This document shows positions 20,187-29,268 of a stretch of DNA of 64,000 bases, piece after piece. The translations under genes and the position numbers were made by a program. The DNA comes from Candidatus Zhuqueibacterota bacterium (GTDB lineage Bacteria > Zhuqueibacterota > Zhuqueibacteria > Thermofontimicrobiales > Thermofontimicrobiaceae), in assembly GCA_049322915.1 (NCBI GenBank), contig JBMOPW010000003.1, positions 1 through 64,000 of the forward strand. Reading direction: 5' to 3'. The first letter of the stretch is position 1. Every line of letters begins with the position of its first letter. The notes under the pieces were generated by a model that saw only the letters and a program-made list of their open reading frames with translations, searched no databases and had not been told where the DNA came from.

Positions 20187-23100
20187 TTACTTAAGCAATA
20201 TCATCTTTTTAACAGATGTGAAATGCTGAGTTTTAATCTGGTAGAAGTAGACGCCGCTCGCCAGGCGCGCGCCATTGAACTGAATGGAATGGGATCCGGC
20301 GTTCATCGGCCCGTCGACGAGTCGCGCCACCTCTTTGCCTAACAGGTCAAATACGGTGATCGTCACTTTTGAATACTCGGGCAAATCGAATGCGATGGAT
20401 GTGACCGGGTTGAATGGATTGGGATAGTTCTGATTCAACGCATAGCGGGAGGGTAGGGAATTTTCTTTCCCGAATGGCTGCCCGTTGATTTGGATCGAGA
20501 TTGTTCCTTCGTTCAATGTGACATCGTTGAATTGAAGCGGCGAGATTCCCGGAATTTCGTCTTTGACGACTTCGAGATCAATAGTGGCCACGACGCCATC
20601 GCCCTGGATGGGATAGGCATTGGCAAAAGCGAACGCCGCCATATTGTTGGAGACGTTGGAGACGAACTGACAGCCGGCCACTATTTCACCAGCGCGAACA
20701 GCGATCACGCGGTATCGGGAGTTGTCCACGGCAATTTTGAAACCGCCGGAGAGGATAGAACTTTCCTGATCCAGATAGATGTCATAGCTGACGTTGTTTT
20801 TCTTCTCGGTAACCCGGGATAATACATCGATACAGACTGCGCCTTCAATCTTTGCTAATTTCAGTACGCCCCAGTTACCGCTGACATCGCCCAGGGCAAA
20901 GGCTTTGAAATTTTGTCCGGTTTGGTCACCGGCCAGCGGGGAATAGGATATCGAAGTCGGCGCGGTGGTCCAGTTTGTATCGTCCGCCAGAAAATCAGAC
21001 GGCATGAATCTCCAGTCTTTCCCTGATGGGAAGCTGGTTATCGAACCGACGTACAAGCGCAAAATATACGACGCGTCGAACGGAGTGACATCGCCATTGA
21101 TGGTGATGTCGCCGGCAATTTTCTGGTAGGGCGTCAATGTCCCTTCGCCAACGGCATATTGTAAAATAAGGGCAGCATCGTATGGATCGACAGCAGTGCC
21201 AAATCCACCGGTTTTTTCCGGAGCCAGGACGAAGTTTTTATTGACCAGATAATCGATGGTAAATTGACCGGACGCATCGGTCTGGCCGGTGTAAGCGGCA
21301 AAACCGGTCATCTTGACATCCGCTTCGGCGACTGCATTGTCATTGCTATAATAGTTGACAGCGCCTGAAACTGAATAGCTCGCAGCTATAGCCCAGGGCG
21401 TGGGAGCCGGGGTCATTCGGAAATCGTTGCTGCTGTTGTTGGTATCCATCCCCGGTTCTTTGCGCTCAACCGGAATGCCCAGGTAGTTGCTGGCTGGGCC
21501 GGCAGCGTATCCCGCGTCCACGAGGTCGTTCAGTTCAATGGTCGATGGAGTTGCGCCGGCTTTGGCGTACTCGACGCCATCGATGATGGTCTCAACGTCG
21601 ATTCCGTCTTCCCAGTAGACATCCGCCCCGGAGGCGAAGATGAGTTCATCTGATGTGTACGCGTATAAAAATTCAGTTGTATTTTTTAAATTGGTCAGAT
21701 TGGGTACATTTGCGTTATCCAGAGGAATGTGCTCTCCGTCCACGTAGCATTCGAAATCCGCGTTGGACAAATCGAGATGCGTGTAGGTTTTGGCATCGGC
21801 GGTGACGATTTTATACTCGCCGGGATTGATGGGATAGTCGGTCCCTGTCCCCGGAAATTGCCAGATTGAAGAAATTCCATCGATATCCGAAGTCAATCGG
21901 CAGACAATTTTACCATCGAGGTATTCTGTGGTTGCGCCAGCATTGTACAACTCGATGTATTGGCATTCCAATTCGGTCATGGCGTAAGCGTTATAGAAAA
22001 TTTCATTCATCTTCACCATGCTTGTCGTGACATAGGCGTCGTCCACATATTTCAGGATTCTCCCACCATAGGCCGCAGCCCAGAGAACATAATTGTTTTT
22101 GGGAGCGATGCCTTTGATGAAATCACCGTACAAACCGACAGCCTGCAACGTCCAGTTCGTTCCACCGTCCGTCGTGGTGAGAATTGCGCCGTCATCGCCG
22201 ACGATCCAGCCTTCCAATGGATTTTTGAAATAGACAGCTTCCAATTCTTCGGTTGTTGGAGAAGTTTGAAGCGTCCAGGTGGCGCCGCCATCGCCGGAGA
22301 ATTGAATGACGCCATTTTCACCAACAGCCCAGCCATGAGTTGCGTCCAGGAAATATGCGCCATTGATGTCCCTCTCGCCACTCACTGTGAATGTGGATAA
22401 ATTCCATGTTGCGCCGCCATTGGTGGTGTAATACAATGTATTGTCGGCGCCGCCGATGAAGCCGTTGTTTTCGTCCAGCATGAAAATTGTGTACAGCGTC
22501 TCATTGGGCAGGCCAGTCTGCGCAGTCCAGTTGAGACCGGCATCGGTGGTTTTAAAAACTATCCCTTTTGCTGCTATGATCCAGCCAGTGGTATCATTGA
22601 CAAAATCCACTTTGCGCAACCATTCGCCGGTCAGACCCTTACCCTGCAAATGCCAGGTAGCGCCGGCATCCTCAGTCCTGGCAATGAACCCGCCGGTTCC
22701 GACAGTCCAGCCTGTGTCAGAGTTCACGAAATCCATACCCCACAATTGCGTGGCAATGGTGTTGTCCGCGACGAGGTATCGCGATTTCCAGGTGTATCCG
22801 CCGTCTGTGGTTTCCATCAGCGAGCTGTTATAACCCATGGCAATGGTGTGGCCTTCGTCGATGGTATAAATATAATACAGATTATGACCAAAAATATCGA
22901 CCAGTAATTCCCAGGTTTGGCCCAGGTTGTTGCTGTAGGCAATCGTCTCGTACTCGGCGACCCATGCTTGTTGGCCCACCAGAGCGACGCAGTTGGGACC
23001 GATGCCCAAGGCTACAGGTTGTTGAATCCAGGTACTGCCATCGGTCGTGGAAAACACTGTCCCATCATCGCCAACAGCGATGCCCGTGGTGTCATTAGAA

Positions 23101-23891
23101 AAGTCGATATCCCACATATTTTCATAGGTCTCTTCGGTTGGCGTGTACAGTGTCCAGGTATCGCCGCCGTTTTCAGTCCAGGCGAAGACGCTTTTCAGGA
23201 GGGATGTGGGGAAACCATCGCCGACCAACCAGGCTTTCGTGGCAGAGACCATTTTTACCGCATTATAATCTTTTGCCTGAATCTCGGCCACGGTCGTTGC
23301 CGGGGTCCAGGTAGTTCCCCAGTCGGAACTGTGGATAATGGTTTGCGCCTTTCCAACGGCAATGACTTTATCCATGCCAAAGTTGGAAGCGCCGTACAGG
23401 TCGTTGGCAGTGCCGCTTGTCTGCGTCACCCAGGTCTGGCCGTCGGTGGTTGCGCCAATTTTGCCGCCGTCAGCGACAGCGATGGCATGCATTTCATCGG
23501 CGACCACGATGTCGTTCATATCGGCTGTGGCGTCAAACGGCGTTTGGGTGACCCATGTTTCGCCGCCATCCGTGGATTTCAAAATCGTTCCATTTTCTCC
23601 AACGATCCATCCGGTCGTCTCATTAATGAAAACAACTTTGTTCAGGGTTTGGGATGTTCCGGACAGTCCCAATTCCCGCGTGATACCGCCATCCAGTGTT
23701 TTGAGGACCATACCATTCAGTCCTACAAACCAGCCGGTTTTTCCATCGGGCAGGAAAAATACATCGGTCACGGTACTGGGGACATCCGTCCGCGTCTCGA
23801 TTGTCCATGTCCCACCGGCAAAAGAAATTTCCGCGGAAATCAATAATGCTAAACAACTCAAGAGAACAAAAAACGTTAGCCCTCTCTTCAT
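20187..23891 (-). CDS. YCF48/BNR propellers, lamin-tail-like domain, dockerin, cohesin and T9SS CTD
   Basis: GGAGG RBS before MKRGLT; YCF48 repeats; VKMNEI...YIELYN (LTD); DAALILQY..GDITINGDVTPFDASYIL; CTD. Confidence 0.85.
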   Translation of the reverse strand: MKRGLTFFVLLSCLALLISAEISFAGGTWTIETRTDVPSTVTDVFFLPDGKTGWFVGLNGMVLKTLDGGITRELGLSGTSQTLNKVVFINETTGWIVGENGTILKSTDGGETWVTQTPFDATADMNDIVVADEMHAIAVADGGKIGATTDGQTWVTQTSGTANDLYGASNFGMDKVIAVGKAQTIIHSSDWGTTWTPATTVAEIQAKDYNAVKMVSATKAWLVGDGFPTSLLKSVFAWTENGGDTWTLYTPTEETYENMWDIDFSNDTTGIAVGDDGTVFSTTDGSTWIQQPVALGIGPNCVALVGQQAWVAEYETIAYSNNLGQTWELLVDIFGHNLYYIYTIDEGHTIAMGYNSSLMETTDGGYTWKSRYLVADNTIATQLWGMDFVNSDTGWTVGTGGFIARTEDAGATWHLQGKGLTGEWLRKVDFVNDTTGWIIAAKGIVFKTTDAGLNWTAQTGLPNETLYTIFMLDENNGFIGGADNTLYYTTNGGATWNLSTFTVSGERDINGAYFLDATHGWAVGENGVIQFSGDGGATWTLQTSPTTEELEAVYFKNPLEGWIVGDDGAILTTTDGGTNWTLQAVGLYGDFIKGIAPKNNYVLWAAAYGGRILKYVDDAYVTTSMVKMNEIFYNAYAMTELECQYIELYNAGATTEYLDGKIVCRLTSDIDGISSIWQFPGTGTDYPINPGEYKIVTADAKTYTHLDLSNADFECYVDGEHIPLDNANVPNLTNLKNTTEFLYAYTSDELIFASGADVYWEDGIDVETIIDGVEYAKAGATPSTIELNDLVDAGYAAGPASNYLGIPVERKEPGMDTNNSSNDFRMTPAPTPWAIAASYSVSGAVNYYSNDNAVAEADVKMTGFAAYTGQTDASGQFTIDYLVNKNFVLAPEKTGGFGTAVDPYDAALILQYAVGEGTLTPYQKIAGDITINGDVTPFDASYILRLYVGSITSFPSGKDWRFMPSDFLADDTNWTTAPTSISYSPLAGDQTGQNFKAFALGDVSGNWGVLKLAKIEGAVCIDVLSRVTEKKNNVSYDIYLDQESSILSGGFKIAVDNSRYRVIAVRAGEIVAGCQFVSNVSNNMAAFAFANAYPIQGDGVVATIDLEVVKDEIPGISPLQFNDVTLNEGTISIQINGQPFGKENSLPSRYALNQNYPNPFNPVTSIAFDLPEYSKVTITVFDLLGKEVARLVDGPMNAGSHSIQFNGARLASGVYFYQIKTQHFTSVKKMILLK

Positions 23892-24128
23892 AAAAACCTC
23901 CGTTTGTATTGAGTTAAACATAAAAAAAATGAATATATGAGAGTCGCTTCATATATTCAGGTCAAAGTTTAGCTACATAATTAGACAGATAAATGATTTT
24001 TGATAACCGTGATTCACGTTTTGATTTGTCTGAGAGTGGAAGTCATTAAATTTATGTTGAAAAGGAAGCATTAATAATATAAAAATATTATTCATTATGT
24101 CAAGAAGTATTTTTAATCAGGAACAGGC

Positions 24129-24375
24129 TTACACCAAAAGTGGACGCTCATACGTCGGATAAAATAGGCAATTTGAGCATGAAAGGGAAGCTCTGCCCCG
24201 GTGTGCATCAATGTCGGCGATAGATTGTATCAGAATTCGATGCGTGATCCGATCTCCTTTTGTCCGTCCGCCGATGTCATTAAGTGCAGCTGTACCAGCG
24301 ACGTTTTCGAGCGCCAGCCTCAGATCAATGCGCGTACCGGTTGTGGGCTCGATTTGTGCGAACACGTGATTGCGC
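24129..24375 (-). pseudogene. Fragment of a DUF5655-like protein
   Basis: NHVFAQIEPTTGTRIDL.LAL...GG..K.DRITHRI.I.S.ADID resembles the DUF5655 C-terminus; no N-terminus or RBS. Confidence 0.5.
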
Positions 24376-24449
24376 CTGGTGTTGAGTTTAGCATTTAGCC
24401 TGAATTTCTAAGATGAAATGTCAAATGAGCGTACAGCATATTATTTTAG

Positions 24450-24484
24450 TATGGAGTGAATTGACACAATCAATTCACTCCATA
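24450..24484. repeat. Perfect 15-bp inverted repeat
   Basis: TATGGAGTGAATTGA-cacaa-TCAATTCACTCCATA. Confidence 0.8.
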
Positions 24485-24557
24485 TATTTTTAGAAATTAA
24501 ATAGAGTCTGTCCGAAAACTGCTATTATTGACCTCACCCGAACCCTCTCCGAAAAGG

Positions 24558-24933
24558 CTTACCCTTACCCATATCTTTTCTAACGCAGAGACCGCAGAGG
24601 TACGCAAAGTTTTGGTATTGAAAAAAAGCTGTTTGCAAATTTATGAAACCATGTATTTTCCTGGTTATTCTGGTCTTCTGTGACTATGGGTGAACATGAT
24701 TTTCAATGTTTGATTGAAAATTTTAAAATCACTCTGGCCAATTCAACGCGGATCTTTTCTCTGCGCCCTTCGCGACCTCTGCGTTTCATTTGATGTGTTA
24801 ACCCTACTACGTCACATAGATTTTTTATCGTTGTATATTGTATTTTTGATAGATGAAAAACTCAACATAGTGTGATAAATTTACTAAATGACGTTGTAGG
24901 GTTAATATCCCCCAACTTATGGGCAAGGGTAAG
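24558..24933. mobile_element. Nested MITE with 16-bp TIRs and 9-bp TSD
   Basis: CTTACCCTTACCCATA / TATGGGCAAGGGTAAG; flanks CCGAAAAGG / CCCAAAAGG; interrupts a CCTCACCC..CCCTCTCC REP-like element. Confidence 0.7.
24802..24901. mobile_element. MITE-B copy 1 (100 bp, TTAA-flanked)
   Basis: TTAA|CCCTACTACGTCA...TGACGTTGTAGGG|TTAA; inverted copy at 62223-62322. Confidence 0.88.
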
Positions 24934-25049
24934 CCCAAAAGGCGAGGGAGAACAGATGGTCCCCTTCTTGCCCGCAGGGTAAGAAGGGGTTTTGGGGATG
25001 AGCTCTGACGTAGTGAAGTTTGAAAATATCACCCCCATAGCTAATTCAG

Positions 25050-25210
25050 CCTGCATTATTCATAGTATTTTTAGAGGAGGCTGGCTAACCTGAATGGTGC
25101 TCTTTTTAGAATAAACGTATAAAAACTGAGTTTCAAAATAGCTTAGCCTTTAGCTAATTGAAAATCTCAATGTTGACTCAAATTCTGAGCAAGTTCATGA
25201 ATAATTCAGG
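25050..25210. mobile_element. MITE-A copy 2
   Basis: Same TIRs and body as 19793-19953 with a few substitutions; flanks TCAG/TTAG. Confidence 0.85.
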
Positions 25211-25294
25211 TTAGGTGTTTTCGGACAGACTCTATTGAGCTAAACTTGATTATAAAAATCCATTTTAAAAATTTAGGTTTAGTAAAAAATAAAC

Positions 25295-26680
25295 TTATCT
25301 TCGTGCCGAATTGGCTACAGCGGCGAACATCTCTTTTGTGAACGCCACTTCTTTTTTGTGGTCAACAAGGCATGCCGGGTAGTCGGACAGCCCTTTCCCC
25401 GACTCCAGGCCGTGAATGGTCGCCGGGGTAAAATCTGACAATTCAGAGACCCATTTTCGAATGTAGCGGCATTCCCCGTCAAATTTTTTTTGCTGATTCC
25501 AGGGATTGAAAATGCGGAAATAGGGCTGAGCGTCGCAGCCAATGGATGCTGCCCATTGCCAGTTTCCGTTGTTGACGCAAGGATCATAATCCAGCAGGTG
25601 ACGCGCAAAATAGGCCTCGCCCCAGCGCCAGTCAATGCGCAAATCCTTCACCAGAAAGGACGCGACAATCATGCGCAGGCGATTGTGCATGAATCCGGTT
25701 TCATTCAACTCGCGCATGCCGGCATCCACAATGGGATAGCCGGTTTGCCCCTGACACCACGCCTGGAATTTATCAGCGTTGTTTTCCCAGACCAGCCCGT
25801 CGTATTTTCGTTTGAACGCATGCCCGAAGACATGGGGGAAGAAGTACCCGATCAGCGTGAAAAAATCCCGCCAGTAAAATTGCCTGATGAGCGGATGGTG
25901 TTCGCCCAACTGCTGAAAGACGCTGTAGTAGGCTTCCCGGATGGAACAGGCGCCAAATTTGAAATGCACTGAAAGTCGTGTGGTGGCGTCCAGTTCAGGC
26001 ACATCGCGCTCTGTCTCATACTGCCGGAACCGCTCAAGGCCGGATAGAATTTCCATTGCGCGGGATCGCCCTGCCGGAACCGAAGCAAGCTCGCTGTCCG
26101 GGGGTAAAACTTTCCCGAATATTTCGTCGTGAGACTGTCCCGGGCGCTTTGCTGATAAATTGGTAGGCACAGAAGAATTGGGCAACGGCACGGCCAGTTT
26201 CGAGGCATGATTGAAAAATGGCGTGAAGACTGTGTACGGGAAACCATCTTTTTTTAACGCAGCGCCGGGATCTGTCAGCAACGCATCGTGCAAGCCGATG
26301 AAAGGGGTATTTAACTTTTCACAGGCGGCGTTCAACTGCGCGTCGCGCTGCCGGCTGAATGGGGTGTAATCGTGATTGAAAAACACGGCATCGATGGCAT
26401 GCCCGGCCAGAATCTGCTCCAGCACACGGGCCGGGTCGCCGAAGAACAGAGATAAGCCACTGTCCATGTGAGTCAATTGAACATGAAGGTCTTGCAGCGC
26501 TTTCACCATGAAAAGCAGGCCCGGTCTGCTCCGATAGGGATGCGGTTCAACCTGTCGCGGATCAAAAATAAAACAGGGAATCACTTCCCGCGATCGCAGG
26601 AGCGCCTCGCGCAACCCGGAATTGTCTTCGAGCCGGAGGTCGCGTCGGAAAATAAACAGGGAGGTGTTGAATTTTTTCAT
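25295..26680 (-). CDS. phrB: Deoxyribodipyrimidine photolyase (class I CPD)
   Basis: FRRDLRLEDN, TGYPIVDAGMREL..TGFMHNRLRM, NNGNWQW, RIFNP. Confidence 0.95.
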   Translation of the reverse strand: MKKFNTSLFIFRRDLRLEDNSGLREALLRSREVIPCFIFDPRQVEPHPYRSRPGLLFMVKALQDLHVQLTHMDSGLSLFFGDPARVLEQILAGHAIDAVFFNHDYTPFSRQRDAQLNAACEKLNTPFIGLHDALLTDPGAALKKDGFPYTVFTPFFNHASKLAVPLPNSSVPTNLSAKRPGQSHDEIFGKVLPPDSELASVPAGRSRAMEILSGLERFRQYETERDVPELDATTRLSVHFKFGACSIREAYYSVFQQLGEHHPLIRQFYWRDFFTLIGYFFPHVFGHAFKRKYDGLVWENNADKFQAWCQGQTGYPIVDAGMRELNETGFMHNRLRMIVASFLVKDLRIDWRWGEAYFARHLLDYDPCVNNGNWQWAASIGCDAQPYFRIFNPWNQQKKFDGECRYIRKWVSELSDFTPATIHGLESGKGLSDYPACLVDHKKEVAFTKEMFAAVANSARR

Positions 26681-26782
26681 AGTCAGGTCGTACTCCTGTC
26701 GAATCGAGTGGATACTATGACTTGAAATGCAGCATGGATGGGTTCGAAGGAACCATAGCGACGATTGATCGACTCAATGGCA

Positions 26783-26998
26783 TTAAATTTTGTTGCGAAT
26801 GAACCAGGAGATGATCAAATAGCCCAGCCAGAGAATCACAAACAGCCGCATGCCCAGCCAGAGCTGCTGGCCGATGTCTTTGAGGATGCCTTTGAACGCA
26901 CCGGGCTTGAACAATTGGCCTTTTATGGCCAACGAGAGCGCGCGATCGCCAATGACGAACAGGAAAAAGAAGAGAAGCAGGTAAGTCAGAAATTTCAT
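26783..26998 (-). CDS. Small two-TM membrane protein
   Basis: Two hydrophobic helices; co-oriented with neighbours. Confidence 0.55.
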   Translation of the reverse strand: MKFLTYLLLFFFLFVIGDRALSLAIKGQLFKPGAFKGILKDIGQQLWLGMRLFVILWLGYLIISWFIRNKI

Positions 26999-27048
26999 AG
27001 TCCGGTCGATTCAACCTTTTCATTGTTGTGAAGTGACGGGATTTCAAT

Positions 27049-28173
27049 TCAAAACGCCATGCGCACCTGATAGACATTATCTTTCGAAAGGATGGCGGCT
27101 GCATTTTTCTCGATGGTCAATGGAAATATCAGGTCCGGCGTGCCTGCGCCGAAATTCAATGTATCAGCGGGCATTCGGGATAAATTGGTCACCAGACAGC
27201 CGGTGTCAGGATCAAAAGGTCGCAAGTCTTGAAATTCCCTGTTTTGTATGACCGCTTCAATCCTCTCCAAAAAGAACAGATAGCTCTCTCTGGTGATGGT
27301 CGGCCTGGCTTCGCGGATGGCAATGGCCAATTCTGCCACGGTTGCCGTCTCAACCGTCTGTTTCCTGAATGTGGCTGTGTGAAACATGATGCCGTTGCCC
27401 AAAAATTTTGGCCCATAGTGCGGAATCTGTTTTCTCACATCGATGGGCATGGTGAGCGAAACCCTGTCTGAAAAGTGTCCGGCTCGAACCTGTACGGCTT
27501 TTTTCAGGAAAACGGCTGAGAGAAAATCATTGGCGGAAATTTGTTGGCCGGCGTCAGCATTGATGGCATGCACCGCGTTACGCACTTCCTCTCCGGGAAT
27601 TTCCTGGCACTGAACTGTCGCATCATTTTGTGATGGAGGAGTTGGCAAATTCGTTTCCGGGAAATGAAATTTTTTGAGAATCGTACGGTGATAATTCGGC
27701 TTATAAAATGGGCGGATGAGATGCACCTTCAGCGGCATCAAATGGCTGCGGGACAGTGCTGCCCAGGTGGCCAGAAAATAAAAATAGCTGTAGCCGTCCC
27801 CGGCGAGGTGGCGCAACGAAGGGATGATAACCGTGCCATTGGTGAATTGGATGACCGTCACCCGAAACAATCGCGTCATAGCCGAGGAATGGATGTCTTT
27901 GTACTCATTCAAAATTGTTTCAATGGCAGCGCTGGCATCGAATGCTTCCGGGACGATCCTCTCTTCGAAGCAGGCAGCTTCCTCAAATTCAGCGCTGTGG
28001 ATTTTGCCAGCCTGATATGTTCCGAACAATGGCCAGAAGTCCGCTGCGACTTTCGCCAGAGCGGACAGGACTCGCTTCGTTGGGATTGTGTTTTTGAAGT
28101 ACAATAAAAACTCAATGGTATAGCTGCCGTTTGCAAAGACAGCATCGACCTGAGAAATAGATAGCGATTTCAT
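27049..28173 (-). CDS. BAHD/transferase-family CoA-dependent acyltransferase
   Basis: HXXXD (HLAGDG), P.DVR.....GN and C-terminal LNFGAG (DFGWG-like) motifs. Confidence 0.75.
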   Translation of the reverse strand: MKSLSISQVDAVFANGSYTIEFLLYFKNTIPTKRVLSALAKVAADFWPLFGTYQAGKIHSAEFEEAACFEERIVPEAFDASAAIETILNEYKDIHSSAMTRLFRVTVIQFTNGTVIIPSLRHLAGDGYSYFYFLATWAALSRSHLMPLKVHLIRPFYKPNYHRTILKKFHFPETNLPTPPSQNDATVQCQEIPGEEVRNAVHAINADAGQQISANDFLSAVFLKKAVQVRAGHFSDRVSLTMPIDVRKQIPHYGPKFLGNGIMFHTATFRKQTVETATVAELAIAIREARPTITRESYLFFLERIEAVIQNREFQDLRPFDPDTGCLVTNLSRMPADTLNFGAGTPDLIFPLTIEKNAAAILSKDNVYQVRMAF

Positions 28174-28712
28174 CTCTCTTTCAAATTTTGTTTGGAGTCC
28201 ATGCGGCGCGCACCTGGCGAGCCGTCAATGACTGTAATAAGAAAAATGCAAGCCCTGCGTTGTGTCCGTGATTCATCTTTATCAGAAAAAGCGTACGAGC
28301 CATGCCATGAATATCCAGTGATTGCCGATGAAAAAGATGATCCGACAGCGTCATTCCTGGCGCAGGAGGAACAAAGCCCCGGATACTGGCATTTGTCCGG
28401 ATGGGTTGCGTCCTTCAAGTTGCAACGGGTGCAATTTAACATAAATTTATTTTTGAAGCAAGAAGATTATTGCCAGAATTTGGATGCATCTTTCCGCCAG
28501 CCGGGATGTGTGACTTGATTTACGGCTCCCCTTCTCCGCAGCGCAATGGCCGGAGAGACCCAAAGGCCGAATCATCGCGAGGGATCATTCCGGTCGACCT
28601 GTTGAGCGCGGATTTTCCCGGGTCGAAAAGCTCCTGCAGCGGACACAGTCGGATTGTTCGCGCACACTGCGTCCGGGATTTTCAGGACGAACGAACGGAT
28701 TGTGTTCTGTTT

Positions 28713-28970
28713 TTATTTGAAAGAGTCCCTGTTGCGAAAGAGGATGAGCGAATAGACGCCAATGCCAATCCACACGGCATTGACAAACGCTGAAGGGAGG
28801 GCGTGGTAATAGCCGGCATTCAAAACCAGAAACGAGCTCCCGACAATGTTCATCACCTGGTACAGGGTGGATGTCGCTTCGATCCGCTTTGACGAGACCA
28901 GAAAATAGGCGGCCAGCAGCAGCACTGCGCCAAGCCAGCCGAGAATATCAATGAGAAGTTTGAGGTGCAA
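28713..28970 (-). CDS. CBU_0592-like small membrane protein
   Basis: ILGWLGAVLLLAAYFL.S......YQ.MN.VGS..L..NA.Y..A.PS..VN.VW; start uncertain (TTG). Confidence 0.75.
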   Translation of the reverse strand: MHLKLLIDILGWLGAVLLLAAYFLVSSKRIEATSTLYQVMNIVGSSFLVLNAGYYHALPSAFVNAVWIGIGVYSLILFRNRDSFK

Positions 28971-29268
28971 TATCAATTTCCAATTTTGGGATTTAAAAAT
29001 TCTGTCACTGACGGCATGTGATCCGCGAAGCGGCAGGTATCGGCGCAGCCACACGGAGAGCGAATCCCGGATCAACGTTCGTCTTCAAATTTCGGGGAAT
29101 CATCGGCAACGGCGATGCGTCTCAAGGTTATCTACATTTGGGAAGAACTCCATTCCGGGCATGGATCAATTCGAACGCTGCGCCCAGTGAAAGGAAGAAC
29201 CACGCGCTGTTCAGGTCGTGCTGTCGCTGACTTACTTATTTTCATCAGAACTATGGCCGGGTGCGTTG

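Larger units (their letters stand above)
24502..25234. mobile_element. Outer non-autonomous element with perfect 18-bp TIRs, containing nested elements
   Basis: TAGAGTCTGTCCGAAAAC (24502-24519) / GTTTTCGGACAGACTCTA (25217-25234); no transposase. Confidence 0.8.

Noticed and set aside
22917..23846. 309-aa ORF, and similar long antisense ORFs at 2395-3153, 38350-39324 and 62348-63247
   Set aside because: All lie opposite well-supported genes and are explained by codon bias.
24502..25234. CRISPR array or autonomous IS
   Set aside because: Repeats are inverted and nested rather than regularly spaced; no cas or transposase ORF.
28170..28518. Small ORFs 28170-28442 (-) and 28192-28518 (+)
   Set aside because: No recognisable family; I cannot tell which, if either, is real.
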